Positions 51,086-64,000 of a DNA stretch of 64,000 bases are shown in pieces. The DNA comes from Pelomyxa schiedti (taxonomy: Eukaryota; Protista; Evosea): contig JAHLWZ010000751.1 of NCBI GenBank assembly GCA_020536535.1, positions 113,518 to 177,517 of the forward strand, written 5' to 3'. A model generated the notes under the pieces. It was not told the DNA's origin, ran no database searches, and saw only the letters and a program-made list of their open reading frames with translations. The stretch's first letter is position 1; each line of letters starts with the position of its first letter. Made by a program: the position numbers and the translations under genes.

Positions 51086-51369
51086 TCACGGGGGCAGGGG
51101 AGTATGAGTCTTGGTGGTGCTGACTGTAAGTGTGGTTGAGGATGATCTAAGTGGTATAAACTCTTCTGCATGCTCCTTTTCTGAGGTGTGGTGGTGTTGA
51201 TCGCGATCATGCTTGTGGGAGTGGCTTTCACGGCTTTTGTTGCTGTGGTGACGATCCTTATGGTGTTTATGCTCTCAGTCTCGGTGGTGCTGACTGGGAG
51301 GGTGAATGTAATTATCATGATGGTCATAGGGAATGGGTGTAGTTGGTGTAGTGGTTGCAGTAGTTGTTG
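51086..51369 (-). other. His/Thr-rich coding-like fragment with an in-frame TGA; 5' part in gap
   Basis: TTTPIPYDHHDNY..HHRD*EHKHHKDRHHS..HSHKHDRDQHHH; TGA at 51275-51277. Confidence 0.35.
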
Positions 51370-51469
51370 NNNNNNNNNNNNNNNNNNNNNNNNNNNNNNN
51401 NNNNNNNNNNNNNNNNNNNNNNNNNNNNNNNNNNNNNNNNNNNNNNNNNNNNNNNNNNNNNNNNNNNNN

Positions 51470-52121
<652 letters not shown>

Positions 52122-52333
52122 TTATTTTTTTAATGTAAAGTACGGTTGGTTGTCTGTTCTTTGTTAAAAAAATGTTTTCGTTCTGCGGCCCTTTAAAAGA
52201 CGGAAATGATACTAAAAGTAGAACAGACACCCGCAACAGCAACTGCAGCAGCTTTGGAGCTGATAGGAGCACAAAAGATTGCTCCCTCAGTTCAACGCCA
52301 CTTGAGGAATCGGTGTCTGGTGCCTCAAAGAAC

Positions 52334-55127
52334 ATGTCTTTTCCGGTCGAGGTCAACCACCGCAAGTCATCCGTTCCAGGAAGTGGCTTTTTTCGCCGGC
52401 GACCGTTCGCAACAAACAAGGGGCTAATGATGAACGCCAGTACCCGGCCATTCGCGTTTGGCGCACTCCCCGTCCCAGATCCCAACAACATGGCCACAAC
52501 CGTACCTACATTATTACCCCCGGGCGTGGTGATGGGTCCCCCGGCGTGTGATTTGTTTTTGGCAGATATGGGCGAGTCGCTGTCCCCAATTCCTTTGTCT
52601 CCGAAACAATTTCCGCTGGACCTACCCCCCGGCGATATTTCGATTTCGGGGTTTCCTGGCAGCAACTGCTCCAATTTTCCTGGGTCTTGTAGGATGAGTG
52701 GGATTGAAGAAAGTCCTGGTTCTCTTGTGCAATACCCGGACTATTCCCAATCGAGCTGTTTTCCTGTAAATTCTGCCCAAACTGACCTAATTGCCACAAC
52801 ACAATGCTCTAGCACTATGATGCAAAATTTCTCTGTTGACTGTCAACAAAACTGCACATCTGTTCAACATTTTAACCCCCCAGCATTACCTCCCCTACCA
52901 CAAAGTACTACACTTCCACTGGGAAACCAGCCTATGTTTTTTCCCCAATGCTCCCCATTTGACGGTCAACAACTCAACTTTGACACTGCAAATACCTTCA
53001 CTCCAAGTCCCATTCAGACACCATCACCTCAGAAAGTTTCTCCCATGGATTCACCTCAGGGTACTTTTCTTCAACCAAATTCTCTTAACGTAGCTGTGGG
53101 ACAACTTTTTCCATCTCAACTACCAGGCCAAGTATTTATCAATTCTGATCTCCAGGATCAGGCTGTAAATCCACCACCACCACCACCAGCTCCTCCGCCT
53201 CCCCCACTACGCATAACGCCGCCATATTGCCCCCGCATTCGCGCACATGCAGAGATTGAAGAGCAGACTCCTCCACCCACACTTTCACTGGTTCAGAGGC
53301 ATTACACCTATCCCACAGTCAACGTGAAGCAGAGAACTCAGTGCCGGCCCCCGGCGCTTCCACCCAGTCAAGACCACATTGAGCCGATCCAATCTCCCAT
53401 GTGTTCCCCAATCCCTCTCGACTCACCACATCAAACACAGGCGCCCCAGATTCTTCCATCTCCATTGACACGAGACAACATAGTTTCACAGCAAAGGCCA
53501 CTAATGTCAATAACCCAAGCAATCTCCCAAGCAATTTCTAAGGGTGTTTCACAAGCATTGTCAACTCAGCCTGGCCAACCCGTCGGGTTCCAGTCTCCAT
53601 CCCAACAGCCACAAAATCCACCGGAGATCACCCATCCAAGTGCAACAAATCAGCAGACACAGCCTCCTCCTCCTCCACCTCCCCCTGCTCCGCGCTCACC
53701 CCGAAAAAATCCCTCACAGGGTCGCACCCATGGCAGAGCTCGTTCCCGTGAATCATTAACTCCATTTGCCCCACCACCAACTACACAATTGCAACAGCAG
53801 CCACAACTTTTAGAGCAGCTCCAGGCTCTGTTGAGAGCCCAGGGACACACGGTAGTTTATAAACACTCAACTTCACAGCTTGACGCCTCATCACAACATC
53901 CAGAGACGAGGAACCAATTTCAACACACGCAGCCGCTTATGACTGCTCCAATGTCCACCCAGTTTATTGCCTCACCACCTCCACCACAACACGTGCCCAA
54001 GCCACCTGCGCCTCCACCACCTCCTTCTCGAAATTTGCACTCCTCGCGTCAGCTACCTCGTACACACAAGCCGCCACCGCCAGCTAATAGCCCACCGCCA
54101 CCCACTTTACCTCCTCCTGCCTCTCCTCCAAATTCTGTATCACCACCAACACCTAAATCAACCCCTGAACCACCCAAACCAATCTCCGCTGAAATACTGC
54201 CATCAATGCCAGGACCCCCTTCAAATAAAGTTAAAGGGGAGTCGTATTGGACGACATGGACAGAAAATGCACCTACACTTTCTTGGGGGACATTTGCAGA
54301 CAATTTTAAAAAGACCTGGGCCACAGACATCGACGACTTCAAAATTCATAGTAAGTACACTTCCCCATATGAAATGCGGCATCATGAACATAGTGAAGCT
54401 TATTACCCTATTTTTCCCCCTTACCTTAGTAGGTCTTGTTTTTTGTTCCCTTATGTTCGTTTGTTTTTTGTAACAGTATGCCCCATGGAACAACACAAGA
54501 GTACTATATCGAAAGAAGAGTGGCTCAAACTTTGTGATTACTGGTTTTCTCCAGATTTTCAACTCGACCAGGTATATCTTTATGCAAAGTTTTTCACTGA
54601 AGAGTTAACAAGCATTTAGGCAACAATTGCCGCCTGGAAAGAAGGGTGCGACAGTTTTTTGATAACGACATAGACACTGACTCTTAAAACAAAAAGGTGG
54701 TTTTACGCCTTGACTCCGCGACTTAAATGCGAAGAGTTAGTTCAAAGGAGTCCCAAGGCAGTAGCTATTATGCACTGCTCCAACTCGACCTCCGGACTTT
54801 ACACACTGACCCTTGGTGGAGGAAATTCAGTGAGCTCTTTCTTTCCCTTCCCAATTACCCATTCACGCACTTAAACCCTTAAAGACAGCTGCAAACCTGA
54901 GAGTTGCACGCCGGTGGCCGAACGAAGCCGGTGTGTGGTGGGGTTCTGCGGTTCCCCACTACCAAGCCTCTCCAGTACCTCATGCCGGAGGATGGTATTT
55001 CCTGCTACCGGCACCACACCACCCCATTACATACCACCACACCATGCAAGAAGTACTCCAAGTGTACCGGCCCTTGTTGACCCTCCACAGGCTTACTGCC
55101 TACCAAGGTCACCCTGGGTTCTTCTGA
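52334..55127 (+). CDS. Long Pro/Gln-rich protein with C-terminal helical + degenerate SH2-like domain
   Basis: Poly-Pro tracts; WFYALTPRLKCEELVQRSPKAVAIMHCSNSTSGLYTLTL follows the SH2 betaA-alphaA-betaB-betaC pattern; start could be 52172. Confidence 0.6.
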
Positions 55128-55230
55128 AGAACCCACAGCACACTGGTTTTGTACTATTAAATAGGCAAATGTTTAATCTGGTATCTATTGGCACAATTTT
55201 TTTTTTCCCTCTTTAAAATTTGGAACCACA

Positions 55231-56167
55231 ATGAGGGTACACGAGGTGGTGCTGCCGACGATTTGGGCGACGGTCGGCACGCCGGTGGTGATTTGCGCGG
55301 TGTCGCTTCATTTCTGGGGGGACGCCATCGTGGGCACGGCCAAGGCGGCGGGCCGAGGGGGGGTCGTGGCGACGGCGGCCGTGTGCTGCATGGTGGCGGT
55401 GGTGGTGATCGCCACACGCGCCGCGTCTTCCGCGGCGTTCCAGTGGCTCGCTGCCGCGGCTACCAGGCGGCGCGAGGAGCAGGACGAGTGCGTCGGGCGG
55501 CGTGGGGCGTCGGCAAAGGCGGGGATTATGGGAGAGGATGAGGCCTTCGATGCTGCGTGGGCGGGCGAGGACGAGGACGAGGACGGGGACTGGCAGTCGG
55601 GCGAATGTGACGTAACGGCAACTGGGGGCGCGTGCAACTGCACCAACGAATGCAACTGCGCTGAAGAAGGAGAAGACTCAAAGGACGACGCGTGCACCGA
55701 AGAGGCACAGGAGGGAATCACCGCTGGAGGGGAACTTATGGGTTGTGACGCGGACTGTGCTTCCAAGAATGAAAATGAGGATGAGAACCGGCATGGATAT
55801 GTCCCTGCCGGCACTGTACTTTTCAATACCTATTTGAAGCCCAGAATTGATGCCGAACTACGGGTTTGGTTATATTCATTCGTGCATGCTGTCTTTGTAT
55901 TTTTCTTCCTGTTTCACTATTTATTGGGTGTAGGGCCATTGGACATCATTTACACACAAATTGGAGAACGAGCTGCAGGAATGCAATAAGCATTCCACAG
56001 ACTCAACCCTGAAAATGATAACTCAGCAGAACGACACAACAAGGCAGGCTGTGCTGGACATCCTCACCCCAGTCAAACAGCTCAGACAGGAGCTAAACCA
56101 AGTATCTTCCAGACTTTCATCCCTTCAAAGTGAAATGGAAAACCCACGCTGTACCAAAAAGTCGTAA
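55231..56167 (+). CDS. Hypothetical membrane protein: two hydrophobic segments, acidic/Cys region, C-terminal coiled coil
   Basis: Intron 55864-55933 joins RIDAELR to GHWTSFTHKLENELQEC...LRQELNQVSSRLSSLQSEM. Confidence 0.6.
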
Positions 56168-56391
56168 CTAACATTTTTCTTACAAAACGCTAAAAACAAT
56201 TTCCCACAATGTGCCGAGGTAGATTGGGTTTGGATAGTTACCACCACACTGTGAGGTGTGCTGGGGTTGATGGTTGTTGTTTTACTTGAGTAGTAAGGGA
56301 TAAAGAAGCCCGAAGACTACACAAGAGTTGATTGTTTATTACTTTAGCTTAGCTTGGATAACTACGATGGTGTTGTCCCCGCCTGATAGAA

Positions 56392-57438
56392 TCAGGTGTC
56401 GCCTGAATCTCCCTCAGGGTCCCAACAGATTCGCTGTTGGTAGTTTTCCCAGAAATCCATCAGTGATTAGAACCGTACTTAGAACTACAGCGACGCGAAG
56501 TCACCTCGCCACACACAAACAATTCGATTTCTCGTTTTAAGGTGAAGAATGTGTTGATGAAGCGTTTTCTTCATTGAGTTGTTTCTACAACTCCATGCCA
56601 ATGCGCAACTTTTCCTCTGTGATATATGAGGCCAAAAAACAAAAATGAATTGAAACGCTGTACAACGCTCCTCCGCGTCTAAAACCAACTTTTCCTGAGG
56701 AAAGACTGAGAAAAAGTTGGTATTGATAACGGAGGAGGGTTGTACTTAATATTCTCATCTCATCATCCAATCTTGAAGAACAAGCTAATGTGTAATCCTG
56801 TCAAGTTGTACTCTCAATTTAGATTGCTGTGCCGTTGTTGTGTTGGCTTCCTAGGAATGCAGGTAAAGGTCACAGGAAATGAAGAAATCAAACAAGTGAG
56901 AAGAGATAAATACCTCATTTGCAATTATCATGATCATAATACCGTTTGTGGCACAATCTAGCTCGCCAGAATACTGTTCCTCCTGGTGGTCCTGGACTGC
57001 TCGGCCCCAGTGAACCCGCAGTGAAGCTTTGACTGTAATGTTCTGAAATCGCCTTGTGACAACAACTGCCTTCCCATTGATGGCAGTCACGTGCTTAAGA
57101 AACGCCTCCTTCTTGACAGTATGTAAGTGCTAGAAACCTCATCCGCGTAAGTGCGTACCTGCCCTTCACTTGATGTAGCTGTAACCTCCGCAATGCCGCG
57201 CAATTTAAGTTCCTTCGCTACTTGCTCGCACTCTTCGAACTTCGGGCAGTACACTACAGTCAACCCACTCACCGACGCTATGCCAATCTGGCAAAGAAAG
57301 TTACCAAAAACATCGTTACTTTCACATCTTCCAATAAGCCATACCGCGTGATATAGTCTTCTTCACTAACTCCTCAATTACAACGTGAGCCATCACTTCT
57401 ACCTGGTTTACTTGCCTTCTTCCGCAAAAACTCCACAT
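56392..57438 (-). CDS. Possible degenerate SF2 helicase C-terminal-like protein (model unresolved)
   Basis: GLTVVYCPKFEECEQVAKELKLRG resembles helicase motif IV; ENYQQRI resembles motif VI; no Walker A seen. Confidence 0.28.
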
Positions 57439-57627
57439 AAAAACTCTGTTTTTTTTTTTTTGCGCCACACATTGATACAATTGGGTTAGCATTGCGCTAC
57501 GTTACCCGAGCAGAGGGATTTCCACTCAAATCACTTTGAGTGTTTGACTTGAAAACAGAAGAAAAATTGGTGGAAAATAAGACTGTATTCAAGTGCAAAA
57601 CTGGTATAAACAAACAAGTCTGTGTGT

Positions 57628-59231
57628 TTAATCGACCTCCTCGATCTTGGGTCCGCCGGTCTTGGGAGCACTTGAACCAGTTGAGGAGGAGGATGGGCTG
57701 GCTCCTGGTGTGGCTCCAGAAGCTCCTGGGAATCCTCCTGGGAACCCTCCTGGCATGCCGCCGGGCATTCCTCCTGGCATTCCTCCTGGCATACCGCCGG
57801 GCATTCCTCCGGGCATGCCGCCGCTGGCACCGCTGGACTGGTAGAGCTTGATCATGATGGGCTGGACAACGTCCTCAAGCTGCTTCATGCGGGCGTCGTA
57901 CTCTTCCTTGGTGGCTTGCTGGTTGTGGTCGAGCCACTCAATAGCTTCAGTGCAGGCATTCTCAAGCTGCGCAAGTGGTTAATGGGGCTTACAATATAAT
58001 AATGAATCAAAACATACTGTTGTCTTGTCATCGGCTGGGATCTTGGAGCCAACCTTGTCGTCCTTGAGTGAGTTCTTTACAGAGTAGGCATAGCTCTCAA
58101 GGTGGTGCTTGGCATCAATACGTCCCTTCTGTTCCTCATCATCATTCTTGTATTTCTCAGCGTCGTGGACCATGGCGTCGATTTGTTCCTTGGACAAACG
58201 TCCCTTGTCGTTGGTGATGGTGATGTTATTCTTGCGTCCAGTTGTCTTATCCTCAGCAGTGACATTCAGGATACCGTTGGCATCGACATCGAATGTGACT
58301 TCAATCTGAGGAACTCCTCTTGGAGCTGGGGGAATGCCGGAAAGCTCGAATTTGCCGAGGAGGTTGCAGTGGCGGGTCATAGGGCGCTCACCCTCGTAGA
58401 CTTGAATGAGTACGCCTGGCTGGTTGTCAGAGTAGGTGGAGAAGATCTGTGACTTCTTGGTTGGGACTGTGGTGTTTCTTGGGATAAGTGATGTCATGAC
58501 ACCACCGGCAGTCTCAATTCCGAGTGTGAGTGGGGTGACATCCAGCAGAAGGAGGTCCTGGACCTTGGCACCTCCTGCACCTGTGAGAATGGCGGCCTGG
58601 ACAGCAGCACCGTAGGCGACGGCCTCATCAGGATTGACAGACTTGTTCAGCTCCTTTCCGTTGAAGAAGTCCTGAAGGAGTTGCTGGACCTTGGGAATAC
58701 GGGTAGAACCACCGACCAAGACAACTGTTGAAACATAAGTAACAGGAAACCAAAAAGAAAAGAGCCATACCATCATGGATGGAGTTCTTGTCGAGCCTTG
58801 TGTCGCGAAGTACCTTCTCTACTGGCTCAAGTGTGGAGCGGAAGAGGTCAATGTTGAGCTCCTCAAACTTGGCACGGGTGATTGTTGTGTAGTAGTCAAC
58901 ACCCTCGAAGAGTTGGTCGACTTCAATGGATGCCTGAGCCTGAGATGACAGTGTCCTCTTGGCACGCTCGCAAGCAGTGCGGAGCCTTCGGAGAGAGCGG
59001 GCATTGCCAGACATGTCCTTGTTGTACCTCCTCTTGAAGTCCTTGGCGAAGAAGTCGACCATCCTGTTATCAAAGTCCTCACCTCCAAGATGGGTATCAC
59101 CAGATGTAGCCTTGACCTCGAAGACACCCTCCTCAATTGCCAGAAGGGAGACATCGAATGTGCCGCCACCCAAGTCGAAGATGAGGATGTTGCGCTCTCC
59201 TCCCTTCTTGTCAAGACCATAGGCAATAGCA

Positions 59232-59263
<32 letters not shown>

Positions 59264-59989
59264 GTTAAGTCCGGCAATTGTGCCTGCGTCCTTGGTAGCC
59301 TGCCTCTGAGAGTCATTGAAGTAAGCAGGGCATCTAACAGTTGAGGTTAGTTGCTATTTTTCTTTACTATCTAGGGTTTTGAACAATCATATAATCGAGT
59401 TAAACGCATACGTGATGACAGCATCCTTGACTGGTTTGCCGAGGTATGACTCTGCAATTTCCTTCATCTTGGTGAGCACCATTGAGGAGATTTCCTCGGG
59501 GGTGAATGTCTTGACGTCGCCGCGGTAAGCAACTTGGATGAACGGCTTGTCACCCTTGTTGATGACCTTGAACGGCCAGTGCTTCATGTCGCTCTGGACA
59601 GAGGGGTCGCTGAACCGCCTTCCAATGAGCCTCTTGGCGTCAAACACGGTGTTCTCTACGTTCATGGCGATCTGGTTCTTGGCGGCATCGCCGATGAGTC
59701 GCTCCTGGTCAGTGAAAGCAACATATGATGGTGTGACACGGTTGCCTTGGTCGTTGGCGATGATCTCAACACGGTCGTTTTGCCAAACACCTACGCATCT
59801 ACACAACGACATTAGTAAGTGTTGGAGGATCAGGGGGAAAAAAAAAATAAATAAGATCCGAGCGACAGAGATGACGATGGAGGTTGTTGAGTTTGTTTGT
59901 TGTTTTGTTGTGGTAAAAACATACGAGTAGGTTGTTCCAAGATCGATACCGACGGCTGGTGCCTTGGTTGCTGCGGTTGTTGATGCCAT
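57628..59989 (-). CDS. HSP70: Cytosolic Hsp70/Hsc70 (5 exons) with GGMP/GGFP repeats and EEVD end
   Basis: [44 protein letters not shown]. Confidence 0.98.
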
Positions 59990-60510
59990 GTTGTTATGTT
60001 TTATAGTGCTTTAGTGAATAAATAAACGCGGTAGATGTTGCTTTGCTCTTGCTTGTCTTTGTTTAGCTTGAAAAAAATGATGAGCAGAGACGGAGCTTAA
60101 AAGATGCGAAAAAACGCAAATTGGGTGGGCAATTTGGGGAATATCAGTGGCTAAGGTGTGACTTCTCCGCGAAAATACCGCGACTTTTCACTCTGTTCCT
60201 CAGTTGCTTTGCCATCTTGGAGAATTAGGTTTATGTTCAACAACAGATCAAAGAACTTCACCTTTGCTTCATACCCATACAGAGCCTGATAATCGAAAAA
60301 ACAGCAGTTTCTGCCGATGTTGGTTCACCTCAGTGACTTTTACGCCCCTTCATCCTACTTTTGCCCAGTCACAACGGAGAAACATTACGCCCTGCTGGAA
60401 GAATTGTCAAAAACAATAAGGGGGTGTTTGTGTCAACACTTAGAAAGAGAACAAAAAAAGAGAAATGTGCTGTTGGATATCTTTCTTTTTTTATTTTACA
60501 ATACAAACAT

Positions 60511-61425
<915 letters not shown>

Positions 61426-61914
61426 CACTGTCGCTTCGTCCTCTTTTATTGTTTATTTTTTTTTATTTTTCTGAAAAATAACTGGAGATTTATTAATTAA
61501 GCGGGGTGGCGGACCAGAAGCAGAAGTGGAACACCGGTGATATTGGGAAGTATTTTTTCTCCCTTGTGATTTTTTCCTGCTCGGACTGATGCAAGCTTCC
61601 AACCCGACACCTTCCAACATTGTGGGTAAAATGAAACAGACTCTTTGTCCAGGTACTGTGGAACCTGTCTCATAGGATTCCCGATTTGTACCGGACAAGA
61701 AAAGTTTGATCGCACATCGCGAAAGTCCTTCTGCAAAGTACCGTGGATCTTGAAATAGATTAGCCAAGTTACAAGCTGTCGATAGGCGGCTCGATCGGAC
61801 AAGAAACCAAAAAAGAAAAAGGTTGCCCTGTGACTCCGCCGATTTGTGCACTTTTAAGCGCCGTTCTTTTTTGATCAAACAAGGGAATTACAAACACAAG
61901 AAGCTTGGTCCACA

Positions 61915-63937
61915 ATGGGGAACTCTACACTATGCATAGGGGTGCTAGTATTGCTTGGATTTGCTTGCAGCTTTTCCAATTGCACGGAATCCGTGACAAC
62001 AATAACTCGTGACCAGTTGTTGTCCATGTGGCCAAAGAACGTGGGGAGTTCCTCTAGTGAGCTTTTCAATCCTGTTTTCCTGTTCTTTTATTTGTTGACT
62101 CTCATGGAAGCGTTCATTCACTTACGGTTTGTGTTCAGGAATGGCGTTCTTGGGAATGCCACCTCTTGTTGGCATGATGTGGATTGGAGGCGATGTGACC
62201 TCCTGGGACAGCGACCCGTGCTTCAAAACTACAAAGGCAATTGTCTATCAGTCCGAGAATTCAGTGCTTGCCAATTTCTCTTTCTCTGGGTCAAAATCAG
62301 TGCTGAGGTGCAAGGCAAACTACCTGATTGCATGCGGCCCAATGTTTGTTGTTGCACAATTCGAGAACGCCAATACAAATACTTGGTATTCCGTCGTGGT
62401 AGCAAATAAAACTACTGATATGGATAAGGCCATAATAAATCTCAATGGTGTAGGTAAGATTCACTATGTGAGAGATGTGAGGTAATATCATTTGTAGGGG
62501 CTTTCATACTTCCAGGGTCCATAGTTGAATTATTTGAAGATATACTAGCAACAATTGAACTGTTTACTTCCTACAATGAGACCATCGTAGTCTACTACCA
62601 TAAACACCTCCATATTAATATGGAGTTACAGGTTATGAATTTCCTGGATTACTACATGGATATACCAGCTGTTCCAAGAACTCCTTCCACACTTGATACA
62701 TCGTATATGAAGTCTGGGGATGTTATTGTAACGTGGAGAACTAGGTACGGCGAGACCGGTCTATTTCTCTTACAAAATTGCTGTAGCTCCGGCATTGATG
62801 CCTTGGATATGTTCGGAACAGGGGGTTACGCCTCCCACTCTGCGATAGTTCTAGAAATCGATGGTGAAAAATACGTCGTCGAGGCAATTAATCCATACAA
62901 TCTTGCTACACCTGTTGATAAATGGATGGAAGACGACGGTTATAATCCACGAGCTATTTTAAGAATGGGACCAGAGTTTGCACATCCTCACAGATAAAGA
63001 AAAAATGACATACAATAGGTTCCTTGCGCGCTATGATAATGAAAAAGCGGTTCAAAGATGGAAGGAACTGGAAGGATTGTATTACGGATACTCAACTTTC
63101 ATGTATGGCTGGATTGACACGATAGATGTATGCACCTCTGAAGAGTTTTTTTTTTGCTCAAACTGGATCAGCAAAACTACCCCCCTCCACTGTCCGGCCC
63201 ATTTACCAATTGGCTAATGTACATTGTTGATCAATTCCTCGGGCCAATATTTGATATGATTGTGGGCGCAGCTCTGAACCAGAGAATCGACAAGTGCGCA
63301 CAAAACTGCCTTGACACATGAACTAAATCTCGTTATAGTCCCACATGTTGCATCAGAGGAACAAAGTGCACAACAGACCAGCCTCCTTGTTTGACCTACA
63401 TTAACATTCTGAACACCATAACGGAGCAAGGGATCTCGATGTTAGGTAAAGCTGGTCCTCCATTTCTTTCAGTTTCATAGAAGGCTCACCTGAAAAAACC
63501 TTCCAACAACAGACCTAATTGCCATTCCGGAGAAGGAAGAGTGGGAGTACTGCATCGAAGAGAAATGCGGACCATCACGTGTATGCAGTGCCCTAGTAAC
63601 AGATATCCTCAAGCACGCCGGTGTATTCCAAGGAATAGACTTCTACCCCAGCGAATTTGTTCCCAGAGATGTCTATCAGTTTGTCCCCTTCTCTCAATCT
63701 TGACATTGAAATTGGTATTGAACTGACTCTCTGCCCATGGCCAACAGGATGAACATTTATGACACAGCGAAACCTGAAGGCTGTGAATCCCTGGACCCTG
63801 ATCTGCCCTACTGCCAAGTTGGCGGCGATCTCAAGTTGTATCTGCCCGGCTGGAATTCCGTGCCACTCTACGACCACATGAACGAAAGATGCGGAGCTCT
63901 GCCAAAGGACTACGTCCGGGCTCCTGACGATTGCTGA
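61915..63937 (+). CDS. Secreted permuted NlpC/P60 (papain-like) enzyme, uncharacterised family
   Basis: Signal MGNSTLCIGVLVLLGFACS; GDVIV..ASHSAIV..YVVEA (His) precedes RVCSALVTDILKHAGVF (Cys); tail LPYCQV..LPGWN...Y.HMNERC. Confidence 0.7.
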
Positions 63938-64000
63938 AATTCAAAACGGCCACCACCCAAAAAGACTAAGCCCAAAACACCGACTCCAAAGTCGCGACTC

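Noticed and set aside
59990-60500. Heat-shock elements upstream of Hsp70
   Set aside because: No run of three alternating nGAAn units; intron-containing gene is probably constitutive
61720-61800. GAAAGTCC resembling RNase P/MRP CR-I
   Set aside because: No matching CR-V partner for helix P4

Overview
Eukaryotic, gene-dense scaffold with short (about 40-120 nt) spliceosomal introns and three 100-N gaps. The actin sequence, an Entamoeba-type transmembrane kinase and a tectonin point to an amoebozoan, probably an archamoeba (Pelomyxa-like); this assignment is inference. About 25 loci: tectonin lectin, a very large receptor TKL kinase, GH20 hexosaminidase, an 8.4 kb five-module LRR receptor-like protein, three actin loci (one complete, two cut by gaps), an F-box-like/ankyrin protein, a dynamin-like GTPase with mitofusin-like topology, DCR2-type phosphoesterase, BABAM1/MERIT40, eIF3a, a three-copy orphan family (one intact, one frameshifted, one decayed), C1-ankyrin-VPS9 GEF, carboxypeptidase Q, LIM+repeat protein, Pro-rich SH2-like protein, Hsp70, Rab7 and a permuted NlpC/P60 enzyme. 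No rRNA, tRNA, CRISPR or recognisable transposase seen. Best leads: a ~130-nt hairpin with compensatory changes in two actin 3' flanks, the mitofusin-like GTPase, the exon-modular LRR receptor within a possible microbe-recognition cluster, and a CpG-island-like composition pattern. Exon boundaries were read by eye; ends of intron-rich genes are approximate.
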